IMG/VR virus record: IMGVR_UViG_2703718822_000008
Coordinates: 1-42,750 of that record
Strand: one strand, 5' to 3'
Source of the DNA: a virus
Lineage: Duplodnaviria > Heunggongvirae > Uroviricota > Caudoviricetes
DNA: 42,750 bases
Below, piece after piece: positions 31,373 to 39,049 of the stretch. Positions within the stretch are counted from its first letter, which is position 1. Each line of letters opens with the position of its first letter. The notes beneath the pieces are model-generated. The model did no database searches. It saw nothing but the letters and a program-made list of their open reading frames with translations, and was not told the DNA's origin. A program made the position numbers and the translations under genes.

Positions 31373-31416
31373 TCCCGCATTTCGGCGGGAATGAGGACCA
31401 TGACTGTTAAAGAGCG
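31373..31416 (-). promoter_or_regulatory. nutR: boxA (cgctctttaa) plus boxB hairpin (tcccgccgaaatgcggga) immediately downstream of cro
   Basis: Minus-strand reading; the boxB hairpin is identical to the one at the putative nutL (33069-33086). Confidence 0.65.
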
Positions 31417-31422
31417 GTGTTA

Positions 31423-31617
31423 CTATTTGTTTTTCTTGTTGCTTGGGAAAGGACGAACTTCCTCTCCAATCACACTGCCATCAGGCTTTACCGTAACCAT
31501 AATGTTACGGCCTGCCAGAATGGCCTTGCTGATAGCGCACTGGATTACACCAAAGTCACTGGCTGCTTTAGCCTGTCCATGGATTTTGGCGTAATCGGCA
31601 AGTGTCATTCGAATCAT
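31423..31617 (-). CDS. cro: Cro repressor
   Basis: [62 protein letters not shown] resembles recalled lambda Cro; GGAGAG SD 5 nt upstream of the ATG at 31617. Confidence 0.85.
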   Translation of the reverse strand: MIRMTLADYAKIHGQAKAASDFGVIQCAISKAILAGRNIMVTVKPDGSVIGEEVRPFPSNKKNK

Positions 31618-31648
31618 ATGCACTCTCCGTTATTAACCATGAACAAAG

Positions 31649-31712
31649 AATACTACAGGTATTCAAAGCAATCAATACTCAGGGTATTTTTAGTTTAAGT
31701 ACCTTAGCTATT
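31649..31712. promoter_or_regulatory. OR operator cluster: three AATAC-N5-GTATT-type sites (31649-31663, 31674-31688, weaker 31698-31712) overlapping pR and pRM
   Basis: aatactacaggtatt, aatactcagggtatt, agtaccttagctatt; centre-to-centre spacing 25 and 24 bp; located between divergent cro and cI. Confidence 0.65.
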
Positions 31713-31723
31713 AGAATTAAGCT
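31689..31723 (+). promoter_or_regulatory. pRM-like promoter for cI (-10 tagaat at 31712-31717); the cI mRNA is probably leaderless
   Basis: The -10 hexamer ends 6 nt before the cI ATG at 31724; no SD; operator centred about 43 bp upstream of the start, as for lambda OR2/pRM. Confidence 0.45.
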
Positions 31724-32440
31724 ATGGAAAATAAAAAATCACTGACGACAGAACAGCTCGAAGACGCTAAGCGGCTTAAGGCTTTGTATGAGTCAAAAAA
31801 GAAAGAATTGGGAATAACCCAATACTCAATCGCTGATGAACTGGGTATCACCCAAGGAGCGGTAGGGCATTATCTTAATGGCAGAAACGCGCTAAACGTT
31901 GAGGTCGCATCTGGTTTTGCACGTTTGTTGCAAGTCTCAATTGCTGATTTTAGCCAGTCAATTGCTGCCAAGGTTGCAGAACAGGCAGAAAGCCTTAAGA
32001 GCGATGCCAACGTAAGGTATGCAGGGGAATACAGAGCAGGAAAGAGGTATCCGGTGTTAAGCAGTATCCAGGCTGGCTCGTGGTGTGAAGCATGCGAACC
32101 ATACACCATTAAAGACATAGATGTTTGGCTTGAGTCTGACGCGCATATTCAAGGTAATGCGTTCTGGCTTAAAGTGGAAGGTGATTCAATGACGGCACCG
32201 GTTGGGTTAAGCATTCCAGAGGGAACATTCGTTCTTTTCGATACCGGAAGGGAGGCGATCAACGGCAGCTTGGTCATAGCAAAACTTTCTGACTCTAACG
32301 AAGCAACATTCAAGAAGCTGATAATCGACGGCGGAAATAAATACCTCAAGGGACTTAATCCTGCATGGCCTCTCGTGCCAATCAATGGAAACTGCAAGAT
32401 TATAGGCGTTGCAATTGAGACAAAACTAAGGCTGGTTTGA
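31724..32440 (+). CDS. cI: CI prophage repressor (HTH plus S24 LexA-like peptidase domain)
   Basis: 238 aa; N-terminus LTTEQLEDAKRLKALYESKKKELGITQYSIADELGIT resembles lambda CI; C-terminal domain with AFWLKVEGDSMTAP...FKKLI... (Ser/Lys dyad region). Confidence 0.85.
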   Translation: MENKKSLTTEQLEDAKRLKALYESKKKELGITQYSIADELGITQGAVGHYLNGRNALNVEVASGFARLLQVSIADFSQSIAAKVAEQAESLKSDANVRYAGEYRAGKRYPVLSSIQAGSWCEACEPYTIKDIDVWLESDAHIQGNAFWLKVEGDSMTAPVGLSIPEGTFVLFDTGREAINGSLVIAKLSDSNEATFKKLIIDGGNKYLKGLNPAWPLVPINGNCKIIGVAIETKLRLV

Positions 32441-32457
32441 TCACGCAAGGGGCGATT

Positions 32458-32826
32458 ATGGTTGGAACCGCTATAGCAAGCTTTTTTGGGATGTTGGCAA
32501 TCTCGACAATTTACGGCTTAGCGCATGCTTTTATTGCGAAATCTCTATCAGAAAAAATAAGCCAGGCTTGGGCGCATAGATCAGCTCGTTTCATGATTCT
32601 GGTGATCATAGCAATACAAGGGATATCTGCATTTATCCTCTATGGATCAAGCTTATACCTATTGTATCAAGGCGCGACATTTACGCCTTACACCAGTGAT
32701 TACGGAACTCTATACGATGGTAGTGAAGACATCACTGTGGCTTGGATCGTCTTTGGTTTATCTATGGCCGTGTCTGTTGTAGCAGACATCATTAAGGTAA
32801 TTCTCGTCTTAACCTTCGCTGACTAA
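32458..32826 (+). CDS. Small 3-TM membrane protein co-transcribed with cI (rex/sieB slot); candidate superinfection-exclusion or abortive-infection protein
   Basis: ATG at 32458 with aagggg SD, 17 nt after the cI stop; three hydrophobic segments; no recognised family. Confidence 0.55.
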   Translation: MVGTAIASFFGMLAISTIYGLAHAFIAKSLSEKISQAWAHRSARFMILVIIAIQGISAFILYGSSLYLLYQGATFTPYTSDYGTLYDGSEDITVAWIVFGLSMAVSVVADIIKVILVLTFAD

Positions 32827-32957
32827 CCTATAATCCCGGCAGCAATAGCTATCGGGATCCACTTCACATATCCCGCATAAAAAGCACTGAACAAGCAGAC
32901 ACCGAAAAAATAAATATCCTTTGTATTCATTTGCTTATCATTATTTCATCAAAAATA

Positions 32958-32999
32958 AATACCTTGGGTATTTACACAATAAAATACCTACAGTATTCT
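32958..32999 (+). promoter_or_regulatory. OL operators (aataccttgggtatt 32958-32972; aatacctacagtatt 32983-32997) overlapping the pL promoter (-35 tttaca 32971-32976, -10 tattct 32994-32999)
   Basis: Same AATAC-N5-GTATT motif and 25-bp spacing as OR; the hexamers have 17-bp spacing and face the N operon. Confidence 0.6.
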
Positions 33000-33044
33000 T
33001 TAGCCATCAGCAGGACGCTGGTAGCCAAACGGAACAGATTGGCA

Positions 33045-33086
33045 GGCTCTTTAACATTGATGGGATTGTCCCGCCGAAATGCGGGA
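33045..33086 (+). promoter_or_regulatory. nutL: boxA-like (ggctctttaa) plus boxB hairpin (tcccgccgaaatgcggga)
   Basis: About 45 nt downstream of pL; boxB is identical to the nutR copy. Confidence 0.6.
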
Positions 33087-33397
33087 ACCAAAGAGTAGTT
33101 GGCTTTGGGGTGACGTGAAGTGCAGCTGCACGACGGCAACCGGAAGATAAGCACCCGGCGCGTCACCGCCAAAGTCAATTCCATAGGCGAAATGCAGCCG
33201 CCAAACACAGCCAATGCTGCACATGCAACAGGAGGATTTATGTGAATGCATAACTTCAAAACCGAGGTTAATTAAATCTCTCGATCCGAGCATTGACCTA
33301 TTAGGTGGCGAGATGCTCTTTCTGCCCCTCAGTTCGAGGGGCCAGAAACCACTTTGCAATCACTATCAATTCCAAAGTTGTTTCATCGGAGGTCAAC

Positions 33398-33670
33398 ATG
33401 ACAGTAGTCATTACATATCTGGCTGACGATAACGCCAGAAATCGCCGCAGAGCACGCAGACAGGCTCAACGTGAACAGGCAATGCAAGAGCAGCGACTGA
33501 CGCGAAAAATTGCGCTAAAGCTCTCTGGTTGCGTCAGAGCAGATAAAGCAGCATCACTCGGAAGCCTTCGCTGTAAGGAAGAAGATGAACGCAGTGGAAG
33601 TATTTGCCTGCCAAACGTAGCTCTTTACGCGGCAGGATACCGGAAATCAAAACAACTGACAGCGAGGTAA
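33398..33670 (+). CDS. N: Antitermination protein N (P22 gene 24-like)
   Basis: From the ATG at 33398 (GGAGG SD): MTVVITYLADDNARNRRRARRQAQ... (arginine-rich motif) and C-terminus LPNVALYAAGYRKSKQLTAR resembling recalled P22 gp24. Confidence 0.8.
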   Translation: MTVVITYLADDNARNRRRARRQAQREQAMQEQRLTRKIALKLSGCVRADKAASLGSLRCKEEDERSGSICLPNVALYAAGYRKSKQLTAR

Positions 33671-33673
33671 GTG

Positions 33674-33898
33674 ATGAATCAGACATACATTCCATCATGC
33701 TTGAGAAATCTGCCAAAGCAGAAAGCAAAGCCCCGCAAGCAAGCCATAAAGGACGCTAAGTCAGAGGTTATTGATAAAGCAATACAATTGCTCAGGGAGG
33801 AGTTAAGAAGTGGCAAGCTCGAAGGAATGATGATGCCCTATCAGCGCGGATATCTATCGGCGATTAGTAAGTTGGAAGTATTGAAGAGTGAATTATGA
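33674..33898 (+). CDS. Hypothetical early-left protein
   Basis: 74-aa ORF, SD gagg 8 nt upstream, immediately after the N stop. Confidence 0.45.
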   Translation: MNQTYIPSCLRNLPKQKAKPRKQAIKDAKSEVIDKAIQLLREELRSGKLEGMMMPYQRGYLSAISKLEVLKSEL

Positions 33899-34025
33899 AC
33901 TATCTGGAATTTCCGGATGGTTCATTGTTTTGGCAGCAAGCCACAGAGGTGATATATGGAAGAAGAATTTGAAGAGTTCGAAGAGCATCCGCAGGATGTG
34001 ATGGAACAATACCAGGACTATCCTT

Positions 34026-34226
34026 ATGACTACGACTATTGATAAAAATCAATGGTGTGGACAATTCAAGCGATGCAATGGATGCAAGCTGCAATCGGAA
34101 TGCATGGTTAAGCCTGAAGAAATGTTTCCTGTAATGGAGGATGGGAAATATGTCGATAAATGGGCAATACGAACTACGGCAATGATTGCCAGAGAACTTG
34201 GTAAACAGAATAACAAGGCTGCCTGA
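34026..34226 (+). CDS. Small Cys-containing hypothetical early-left protein
   Basis: 66-aa ORF (C..C..C....C cluster); overlapped at its 5' end by a 28-aa acidic mini-ORF (33956-34042). Confidence 0.4.
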   Translation: MTTTIDKNQWCGQFKRCNGCKLQSECMVKPEEMFPVMEDGKYVDKWAIRTTAMIARELGKQNNKAA

Positions 34227-34265
34227 TGGTGGCCTTTATTTTTGGCATAAACAACAGAGGCGAAG

Positions 34266-34601
34266 ATGAAAGAGTTTAATGGCACTCCTGGTAAATGGAG
34301 TTTTTCTCACAGCAGCGCAAGTGACGCAAGCGTAGCTTGCATAGAAATTAATTCATCTGAGTCACTGCATGAAATTGCATATCTCCAGAGCACTCCTTCA
34401 AAAATTGGAGGATACAATCAGACTTCTTTCGATAAAACAATCGCTAATGCCCATCTAATAGCGGCAGCACCAGACCTTCTCGAAGCACTTCAGTTATTAC
34501 TTAAGCAAACCAAAAATAGAGCAACGACAACATATCCAGAATGGTATGGAGCTGTTAATAAAGGTCTCGCAGCAATCAGCAAGGCTCTGGGAGGTGAATG
34601 A
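34266..34601 (+). CDS. Hypothetical early-left protein
   Basis: 111-aa ORF; ATGA overlap with the next ORF. Confidence 0.45.
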   Translation: MKEFNGTPGKWSFSHSSASDASVACIEINSSESLHEIAYLQSTPSKIGGYNQTSFDKTIANAHLIAAAPDLLEALQLLLKQTKNRATTTYPEWYGAVNKGLAAISKALGGE

Positions 34602-34810
34602 TGTGCGAGTTTTATGAAGCAGATATCAAACGCCCAGAAATGGCAAGTGATGCGACATTACGTGATTACTTCGCTGCTAAGGCTATGGCAGCAATAGTGC
34701 GCAGATGGGACGGACATTCCTTTGGCGGTGGACAGAATTCACCACAGTACAAAGAATTAGCAGATGATGCCTACTTTATTGCTGATGCCATGCTCAAAGC
34801 TCGCGAATAA
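34598..34810 (+). CDS. Hypothetical early-left protein
   Basis: 70-aa ORF, translationally coupled to the previous ORF. Confidence 0.45.
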   Translation: MMCEFYEADIKRPEMASDATLRDYFAAKAMAAIVRRWDGHSFGGGQNSPQYKELADDAYFIADAMLKARE

Positions 34811-34903
34811 GCACTGTGTATTCATTCCAACGAGTGAATACACGGAGCAATGTCGCTCGTAACTAAACAGGAGCCGACTTGTTCTGATTATTGGAAATCT
34901 TCT

Positions 34904-34934
34904 TTGCCCTCCAGTGTGAGGGCAATTTTTTTTT
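34904..34934 (+). terminator. Rho-independent terminator within the early-left operon (tL1-like, N-antiterminated)
   Basis: ttgccctc-cagtgt-gagggcaa hairpin followed by T9. Confidence 0.7.
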
Positions 34935-34946
34935 GATGGAGGATAT

Positions 34947-35915
34947 ATGAGTGAAGTAACAGATTTAGTTGTTATTGAAAAAGCAAATGCAATGACTGTA
35001 TTTCAGTCTGCCGACCAGATTGAAGAAATCCTTCAAAAGGTTGAACGTGAAGTTATGTCCTTTGTGCCTGATATCACAACGGCAAAGGGCAGAAAGGAGA
35101 TCGCTTCTCTGGCGTATAAAGTTGCGCAGACGAAAACATATCTCGATGGTCTTGGCAAAGACCTTGTTGCTGAACTGAAGGAAATTCCAAAGCTAATTGA
35201 TGCCAACCGCAAGACAGTGCGTGATCGACTTGATGAGCTGAAAGCCAAGGCGCGCCAGCCTCTTACTGATTATGAGGAAGAACAGGCGCGGATTAAAGCC
35301 GAAGAAGAAGCTAAGGCAGCAGCTGAAGCTCTCGCAAAGCAAATTGAGTCTGACCATGAAATAGCGATTTTGATGGATCGCGAATTTGACCGCCAAAGAG
35401 AAGAGGAAAGACTCAAAGCGGAGCGGGAAAAGCGAGAGCATGAAGAACGCTTAAAAAGAGAAGCTGAAGAGAAAGCCAGAGCAGAAGCCGAAGCAAAGGC
35501 AAAAGCCGAAATTGAAGCAGCAGCAAGGCGAGAAGCAGAAGCTAAGGCCGCAGCGGAACGTGCAGAGCGTGAACGCATTGAAGCCGAGCAACGAGCACAG
35601 CGCGAAGCAAAAGAGGCAGCAGAACGAGCTGAAAGAGAAAAGCATGCGGCAATTGAAGCAGAACGCCGTAAAGCACAGGAGGAGGCAGAACGAATCCGGC
35701 GCGAGGCTGAAGCAAAAGAGCAAGCCAGAATAGCAGAAGAAAAAAGAATCAAGGACGAAGAAGAGCGTAGAGCAAAGGATAAAGCTCACCGGAAAGAAGT
35801 AAATAACAAAATACTTGCTGACCTTATCAAGGTTGGCGCATCAGAAGATGTTGCTAAAAATATCATAACAGCCATCGTAAAAGGCGAGGTATTCGCAACA
35901 AAAATAACCTACTAA
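34947..35915 (+). CDS. Hypothetical protein with a long E/A/K/R-rich charged coiled-coil repeat region
   Basis: 322-aa ORF, GGAGG SD; residues about 110-285 are low-complexity KAEAEAKA/ERAERE repeats. Confidence 0.55.
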   Translation: MSEVTDLVVIEKANAMTVFQSADQIEEILQKVEREVMSFVPDITTAKGRKEIASLAYKVAQTKTYLDGLGKDLVAELKEIPKLIDANRKTVRDRLDELKAKARQPLTDYEEEQARIKAEEEAKAAAEALAKQIESDHEIAILMDREFDRQREEERLKAEREKREHEERLKREAEEKARAEAEAKAKAEIEAAARREAEAKAAAERAERERIEAEQRAQREAKEAAERAEREKHAAIEAERRKAQEEAERIRREAEAKEQARIAEEKRIKDEEERRAKDKAHRKEVNNKILADLIKVGASEDVAKNIITAIVKGEVFATKITY

Positions 35916-36464
35916 TAAAACCAACATAAGGAACCACCCATGATTTACGCAATCGCGGGAGGCGCTCGCATGGGTGCCTTCCAATTAAATGAATCTTTAC
36001 TTGAACGAATCACCCGTAAATTACGTGACGGATGGAAAAGAGTTGAGGTCTTATTATGCGCAATGAAATAGCCATTAATCACCAGATGCTTCGTGCGGCA
36101 CAAAACAAAGCAGTAATAGCCCGATTTATTGGTGATTCAAAAATGTGGCTTGAAGCAAATAAAGCGATGAAATCAGCTATCAACCTTCCGTGGTATCGCA
36201 GGAAATGAGTTTTACAGATAACTGGTCAGACGAAGAATTCATTCGTCAGATGAAAGATTTAATCGGTAACGAAGGAGATATTCATGTCACTTGCAACCAC
36301 AGTGAAGGAGAGCAAGTTACAGAGACGCATGTACACGCAGAAAGCTCTCTGGTATCGCCATAATGGTGACCGCGAAGGAATGCGGGTATGCCTTAATTTG
36401 TCCCGAGTCGAAGTATTAAATCAGCGTTATTTCCTTGGGCCATGTCCATTCTGAGAACAAACAT

Positions 36465-37070
36465 ATGAGCAAAGAATTTTACGCAAGACTGGCAGCTATT
36501 CAGGAGAATCTGAACGCGCCAAAGAATCAATACAACTCATTCGGCAAATATAAATACAGAAGCTGCGAAGACATTCTTGAGGGTGTTAAGCCGCTGCTGA
36601 ATGGCCTGTTTTTATCAATCAGCGATGAAGTTGTGTTGATTGGTGATCGGTATTACGTGAAAGCCACGGCAACTATTACCGATGGCGAAAACAGTCATAC
36701 GGCAACCGCTCTTGCACGAGAGGAAGAAAGCAAGAAAGGAATGGATTCTGCACAAGTTACGGGAGCTACAAGCTCTTATGCACGCAAGTATTGCCTCAAT
36801 GGTTTGTTCGGCATAGATGATGCGAAAGATGCAGATACAGACGAGCATAAACATCAGCAGAACGCAGCAGCAAAGCAATCAAAACCATCACCTACACCTG
36901 AACAGGTTCTAAAAGCATTCACTGACGCAGCATTGCAGAAAAACACCGTAGAAGAGCTTAAACAGGCGTTCGCCAAAGCGTGGAAGATGCTCGAAGGCAC
37001 ACCGGAGCAGCACAAAGCGCAGGACGTTTACAACATCAGACGAGACGAATTAGAAGGAGCGGCTGCTTAA
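36465..37070 (+). CDS. erf: Single-strand annealing recombinase, ERF family (P22 Erf-like)
   Basis: MSKEFYARLAAIQENLNAPKNQYNSFGKYKYRSCEDILEGVKPLLNGLFLSISDEVVLIGDRYYVKATATITDGENSH... matches recalled P22 Erf. Confidence 0.85.
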   Translation: MSKEFYARLAAIQENLNAPKNQYNSFGKYKYRSCEDILEGVKPLLNGLFLSISDEVVLIGDRYYVKATATITDGENSHTATALAREEESKKGMDSAQVTGATSSYARKYCLNGLFGIDDAKDADTDEHKHQQNAAAKQSKPSPTPEQVLKAFTDAALQKNTVEELKQAFAKAWKMLEGTPEQHKAQDVYNIRRDELEGAAA

Positions 37071-37450
37071 TGGCACATTCGATTACTGTAAGACTAAACA
37101 AGCCCGCAAGAGAGTTTCAGGCCGGGGAAAATATCGGATTCAACATCCGTGCTGGAGTTCAGTATTACGATCGCCAGACAAAAAAGAAAGAATGGACAAA
37201 CTACAGCGCCGTTGTATTTGCCAAGCCGGGAGCGCAAGCGGATTACTACCGTAGTGTTCTTGTTGAAGGTGGCATTGTGGAAATTACCGGAGAAAACATC
37301 AGGGTTGATGTTTATCAGGGGCAAAATGGTCAATCAATCACCCTTGAATTACTGAATGCAAAGATTGGATTTGCAGCTTCAGGAAATGGCCAGCAGCAAA
37401 GTAGTAACCAGCAGAACACTCCTGAATACGACGATTCCATCCCCTTCTGA
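37070..37450 (+). CDS. Phage single-stranded DNA-binding protein
   Basis: 126 aa from the ATG at 37070 (TAATG overlap with the erf stop); Gly/Gln-rich linker and C-terminal acidic tip ...DDSIPF like SSB. Confidence 0.7.
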   Translation: MAHSITVRLNKPAREFQAGENIGFNIRAGVQYYDRQTKKKEWTNYSAVVFAKPGAQADYYRSVLVEGGIVEITGENIRVDVYQGQNGQSITLELLNAKIGFAASGNGQQQSSNQQNTPEYDDSIPF

Positions 37451-37473
37451 TTTAGAAAAATAAGGATTTAATT

Positions 37474-37770
37474 ATGCCAGCGCCTCTGTATGGTGCGGAT
37501 GACCCGCGCCGCTGTTCCGGCAAATCCGTATCGGAGGTGCTGGATAAATTCAGAAAAAACTACGACCTGATAATGTCGCTACCGCAGGAAACGAAAGAGG
37601 AAAAGGAATTTCGCCACTGTATATGGCTTGCAGAGAAAGAAGAACGCGAGCGAATTTACCAGACATCAATCCGACCATTCCGCAAAGCCACATATACCCA
37701 CTTACCTGAATATATCGACCCGCGCCTGCGTAATTACCGCTCACGCTATGGCGCTATCAGTAATGACTGA
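37474..37770 (+). CDS. Hypothetical early-left protein
   Basis: 98-aa ORF. Confidence 0.45.
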   Translation: MPAPLYGADDPRRCSGKSVSEVLDKFRKNYDLIMSLPQETKEEKEFRHCIWLAEKEERERIYQTSIRPFRKATYTHLPEYIDPRLRNYRSRYGAISND

Positions 37771-37780
37771 GGAATTTACC

Positions 37781-37948
37781 ATGAGAGGACTTGCATACAA
37801 TCCCGGCATTCTTCCGGCAGAAATGATTATTCGCCAACGCGTAAAGCCAATGCCATCGAGAGAGGAATTGCTTAAGAGAAAGAGTTTCGGTTCTGTTAAC
37901 GACAACAGATATCTGAATGCGATGTGGCGCAAAGGAGGCAAACAGTGA
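37781..37948 (+). CDS. Small hypothetical protein (55 aa)
   Basis: ATG at 37781 with gagg SD; stop overlaps the next gene's GTG start (GTGA). Confidence 0.35.
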   Translation: MRGLAYNPGILPAEMIIRQRVKPMPSREELLKRKSFGSVNDNRYLNAMWRKGGKQ

Positions 37949-38487
37949 GCAAAATTAATTACCAGGCACTGCGTGAGGCGGCAGTACGTGCAATTCCGGC
38001 AATGGAACGCCTGTTAATGTTGCCAGTTGATGATGATTTGTTAAGTGAACAGGAACTTAAAGATTACGGTGTGGATATTGATGCGCTCAACGCCTTCAAG
38101 CTTCTGGCAGGGCCAGAAACCGTGCTGGAACTGCTGAATGAAATTAAGCGCCAGGAAGACACAAATATCGATTCTATATGCCGAATTGCAGAGCTGGAGG
38201 CGCGGGAAATAAAACCAGCCAAAGGCGAAGTTCTTGTCGTTGTATCTGGTTTTACTGGTTGCGGAAAAAGCGCCATTGCCGGGGAAATAGAAATCGCGAT
38301 GAAGGCTATTGGTGTACCGGTTAAGTGGACTAATGGCGATGCAGAAAAGCGCATGACTGGCGCTGACTGGCTGACAGCGATTGAGATGTACAAACCAACT
38401 GTGCGCATCGTGGAAGTTAATGTGCCACGCGTCGCTGGCATTTGCATCAAAGGAGACGCAGGAGAGCAAAACGATGAAAAACCGTAA
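37945..38487 (+). CDS. Hypothetical protein with a Walker A-like P-loop (GFTGCGKS)
   Basis: GTG at 37945 with GGAGG SD 6 nt upstream; 180 aa; [17 protein letters not shown]. Confidence 0.45.
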   Translation: MSKINYQALREAAVRAIPAMERLLMLPVDDDLLSEQELKDYGVDIDALNAFKLLAGPETVLELLNEIKRQEDTNIDSICRIAELEAREIKPAKGEVLVVVSGFTGCGKSAIAGEIEIAMKAIGVPVKWTNGDAEKRMTGADWLTAIEMYKPTVRIVEVNVPRVAGICIKGDAGEQNDEKP

Positions 38488-38650
38488 AGCAAAACGACTT
38501 TTTTTACAGCGACCTGTGCGTGTGGTGGAGCTGGTTATCAGCAACCATAAGATAGCGGTACTCCATCCATTTGGTCAGGTGGCTTTTGCCGCAAAGCGTA
38601 AGCCTAGCGCGTCACAGAACAGGCGGAAGAAAGGGTACGCAGTAAGATGA
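38474..38650 (+). CDS. Small basic hypothetical protein (58 aa), first of two tandem paralogues
   Basis: ATG at 38474 with ggagag SD; [58 protein letters not shown]. Confidence 0.4.
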   Translation: MKNRKAKRLFLQRPVRVVELVISNHKIAVLHPFGQVAFAAKRKPSASQNRRKKGYAVR

Positions 38651-38838
38651 AAAACCGTAAAGCTAAGATGCTTATCTCCCGTGTATACAGACTTTGCTAT
38701 CCCAGCCAGTGGTTGAGAGTTAGCAATCGTCGTGTGGTGTTGTTTTCATTTTCTGGAATTGCCAGAGAGGGAGTCCGAGATAAGGGCAGCGCGGCGCAAA
38801 ACCGCTGGAAAAACCACCTGCGCACTAAAGGAGACTGA
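38647..38838 (+). CDS. Small basic hypothetical protein (63 aa), second tandem paralogue
   Basis: MKNRKAKMLIS...; same first 16 nt as the preceding ORF; ATGA overlap. Confidence 0.4.
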   Translation: MKNRKAKMLISRVYRLCYPSQWLRVSNRRVVLFSFSGIAREGVRDKGSAAQNRWKNHLRTKGD

Positions 38839-38839
38839 T

Positions 38840-39049
38840 ATGGCTATTGCCGCAAGTTACACCATGCATCTCTACTGTGATTGTCGCCAGTGTACAAATG
38901 GTAAATATCAAACGCCAGACTTCGGTGAGTATATCGGTACGTCATGGGCTGGCTGTGCAAAAGAGGCACGTAAGGATGGCTGGCGAATAAGCAAAGACAA
39001 AACACGTGCTTTTGCGCCAGGGCATAAAGTTTTAAGGATTAACAAATGA
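38840..39049 (+). CDS. Small Cys-rich hypothetical protein
   Basis: ATG at 38840 with aggag SD; MAIAASYTMHLYCDCRQCTNGKYQTPDFGEYIGTSWAGCAKEARKDGW... Confidence 0.4.
   Translation: MAIAASYTMHLYCDCRQCTNGKYQTPDFGEYIGTSWAGCAKEARKDGWRISKDKTRAFAPGHKVLRINK

Noticed and set aside
33305-33397. Long N ORF starting at 33305 (121 aa)
   Set aside because: The ATG at 33398 has a GGAGG SD and gives a P22 gp24-like 90-aa product; the upstream part covers the leader hairpin.
35193-35789. Minus-strand ORFs of 82, 160 and 112 aa inside the 322-aa gene
   Set aside because: They are antisense read-through of the low-complexity charged-repeat DNA (Ser/Ala/Cys-rich artefact frames).
36980-37069. SSB ORF extension (MEDARRHTGAAQ...) overlapping the erf 3' end
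   Set aside because: The ATG at 37070 is coupled to the erf stop and gives a typical SSB length; the extension is in the erf coding region.
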